DNA of 64,000 nt from an uncultured Gemmatimonadales bacterium (GTDB lineage Bacteria; Gemmatimonadota; Gemmatimonadetes; Gemmatimonadales; GWC2-71-9), in NCBI GenBank assembly GCA_963695555.1, contig CAVOGR010000001.1, positions 224,001 through 288,000 on the forward strand. Reading direction: 5' to 3'. Positions 61,915 to 64,000 of the stretch are shown here, in pieces. Each line of letters opens with the position of its first letter. The first letter of the stretch is position 1. The notes beneath the pieces are model-generated. The model saw only the letters and a program-made list of their open reading frames with translations. It was not told the origin of the DNA and did no database searches. Position numbers and translations under genes: made by a program.

Positions 61915-62643
61915 ATGACGGGACCGTACCGTGAATCGCATGCGCGTGCGATCGCCAAGACCATCTCGTGGCGGATTCTCGCCACGTTCACCACCACGCT
62001 CCTGGTCTGGCTGTTCACGCACGAGATCGGCCTGGCTGCCACCGTTGGAGGGTTGGAAGCGATCTCGAAGCTGGTGCTGTACTACGCCCACGAGCGTGGC
62101 TGGGATCACATCCGCTTTGGGCGGCGCGAGATCGAGCCGGCCGTCCTCTGGTTCACCGGCCTCTCGGGCTCGGGCAAGAGCACCATCGCGGAGGAGGTAT
62201 TTGCCCAGCTCAAGCGCCGCGGGTACAAGACGGAGCGCCTGGACGGCGACACGATCCGAAGCATCTTCCCGCAAACGGGGTTCACCCGCGACGAGCGTGA
62301 TGCGCACATCCGCCGGGTGGGCTATCTCGCGAGCAAGTTGGAACAGAACGGCGTGTTCGTCGTGGCATCGTTGGTATCACCGTATCAGGATTCTCGAGAC
62401 TTCGTCCGCAGCCTCTGCCGGAACTTTATCGAGGTGTATATCTCCACGCCGCTCGACGAATGCGAGCGACGTGATGTCAAGGGATTGTATGCTCGCGCTC
62501 GCCGGGGCGAGATCAAGAACTTCACCGGCATCGACGATCCGTATGAATCGCCGTCCGATGCCGAGGTCGTGATCGACACGACCAACGTCAGCGTGGACGT
62601 CGCAGCTGCGCAGGTGTTGTCACAAATACAGATACGCGGTTAG
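61915..62643 (+). CDS. cysC: Adenylyl-sulfate kinase with an N-terminal DUF2061-like membrane domain
   Basis: KTISWR...YYAHERGW N-domain; [32 protein letters not shown]. Confidence 0.92.
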   Translation: MTGPYRESHARAIAKTISWRILATFTTTLLVWLFTHEIGLAATVGGLEAISKLVLYYAHERGWDHIRFGRREIEPAVLWFTGLSGSGKSTIAEEVFAQLKRRGYKTERLDGDTIRSIFPQTGFTRDERDAHIRRVGYLASKLEQNGVFVVASLVSPYQDSRDFVRSLCRNFIEVYISTPLDECERRDVKGLYARARRGEIKNFTGIDDPYESPSDAEVVIDTTNVSVDVAAAQVLSQIQIRG

Positions 62644-62651
62644 AGGGCTCC

Positions 62652-63533
62652 ATGGATCATTTGGATCAACTGGAAAACACGAGTGTTCAGATTCTTCGCG
62701 AGGCGTACGCGAATTTCAAACACCTGGGCATGCTGTGGTCGATCGGCAAGGACAGCACGGTGCTCTGTGGCTAAGCCGGAAGGCCTTCTTCGGCCACGTG
62801 CCGTTTCCGCTCATTCACATCGATACGTCATTCAAGATCCCGGAAATGATCGAGTACCGGGACCGGCTCGTCGCGGAGTGGCACCTCAACTTGATCTATG
62901 GGCAGAACCAGGTCGCGCTCGCCGAGAAGCGTACCTTTCCCGATGGCGCCGTCGACCGGCTCACCTGCTGCGGTCTGCTCAAGACCGAAGCGCTCAAGAA
63001 CACCTTGAGCGGGGCAGTGGCCCCGGTATCGCTTCAATCACGTGAAGAAGACCTACGAACTGGACAGCAATACCGAGCCGTTCACGGGGGTTATCGTTGG
63101 AGCCCGGGCGGACGAAGAGGGCAGCCGGTCGAAGGAACGATATTTCTCTGCGCGGACGGACCAGAACGAGTGGGACGTTGCCGACCAGCCGCCGGAATTC
63201 TGGAATCAGTACAAGACCGAGTTTGCCCCGGGGACCCACGTGCGGATCCACCCCTTGTTGGATTGGACGGAGCTCAATATCTGGGAGTACATCGAGCGGG
63301 AGCAAATCCCAACGGTGTCGTTGTACTACGATCAGGGCGAAGGCAAGCGCTACCGCTCGCTCGGATGCTGGCCGTGCACCAATCCGGTCGATTCCTCAGC
63401 GTCGGATGTTGAACAGATCATCGAGGAGCTCCGCACGGGCAAGTTCGCCAACATCGCCGAGCGATCCGGCCGGGCGCAGGACAAGGACGACGGCGGCGGG
63501 CTGGAAACGCTCCGGCGTGACGGATATATGTAG
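62652..63533 (+). CDS. cysD: Sulfate adenylyltransferase subunit 2 (two frameshifts, ~62765 and ~63015)
   Basis: [39 protein letters not shown], terminal GYM*. Confidence 0.9.
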
Positions 63534-63740
63534 TCCCAGCCGATCACTTCACCGCGAGCAATGCGACACGAGCGCGTGGAGGATCGGATCCAGGCCCATG
63601 GAGTCCGATGGCGCTCTCGCATGCCGGGAACCATGACCCATCGTGACCCCGTGCCGGCCTCTCTTGGCCCAGGTCACATCGTGTGCTGACGGCCGCTCCC
63701 GCGGGCCGGATCCAGAGCACATTCCTGCCCCAGCATCCGG

Positions 63741-64000
63741 TCATGGAGCAGGAGGGAAGGAGTCAGGGCGGGATTCGCCTCCGGGCAGCAATTGGTAAAT
63801 GTCGATGTCCCCAAACCTTTCCACCTGCCGGTATTTCTGCTGTAACAGGGCGGCAAAAGCGGGAAAGTCCGTGACCGAGTACTCGGCACCCAGGATCATC
63901 TCGCTGAGCTGCCCCACCACGATGATTGCCGGGGGCGAAGCTTTCAGATCGTCCATGAATTCCGTCCGATAGGCCTCACGAATCTTCGTTCCCTCGCCCA
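63741..64000 (-). CDS. C-terminal end of a protein truncated by the window edge, possibly a GT-C membrane glycosyltransferase
   Basis: Frame open to the window end: ...REAYRTEFMDDLKASPPAIIVV...FPAFAALLQQKYRQVERFGDIDIY. Confidence 0.55.
   Translation of the reverse strand, partial: GEGTKIREAYRTEFMDDLKASPPAIIVVGQLSEMILGAEYSVTDFPAFAALLQQKYRQVERFGDIDIYQLLPGGESRPDSFPPAP

Noticed and set aside
62760..63020. Programmed frameshifting in cysD and other genes
   Set aside because: No slippery heptamers; the indels are single-base changes in short runs, typical of sequencing error
1..64000. CRISPR array, tRNA/rRNA, transposase, integrase or prophage
   Set aside because: No short regularly spaced repeats, RNA gene signatures or mobile-element motifs recognised

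Overview
High-GC bacterial DNA; the gene content suggests Gemmatimonadota, but that is an inference. The first ~6.8 kb holds an HNH nuclease fragment, a DUF4390-like protein, an Omp85-like barrel, a sigma54 activator with its histidine kinase, and a VanZ protein. The remaining ~57 kb is one large cell-surface glycan island arranged in several divergent operons. It encodes 9 GT2/GT4 glycosyltransferases, GT-C transferases, a Wzy/ligase, two Wzx flippases, an AlgD-like dehydrogenase, AsnB, a heparinase II/III protein, two deacetylases, two formyltransferase-like proteins, an FkbM methyltransferase, CapK, DUF362, a UbiA-family phosphoribosyltransferase, a sulfotransferase and a PAPS-supply operon (cysN/Q/C/D). 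Structure not visible in the ORF list: (1) three tandem GH30-like lipoprotein genes share a ~1.3 kb near-identical core with a gene-conversion-like mosaic and different Ig-like N-termini; (2) a similar tandem pair of beta-helix genes; (3) sigma54 -24/-12 motifs before most operons; (4) an unannotated 54-aa membrane peptide heading the 'sulfatase'-PAPS operon, whose sulfatase-like enzyme has a Thr (TxPxH) rather than a Cys/Ser (C/SxPxR) nucleophile motif. Many genes carry single-base frameshifts, often in homopolymers, most likely long-read assembly errors. No rRNA, tRNA, CRISPR array or mobile element was recognised. Family assignments come from motif recognition, not database searches.
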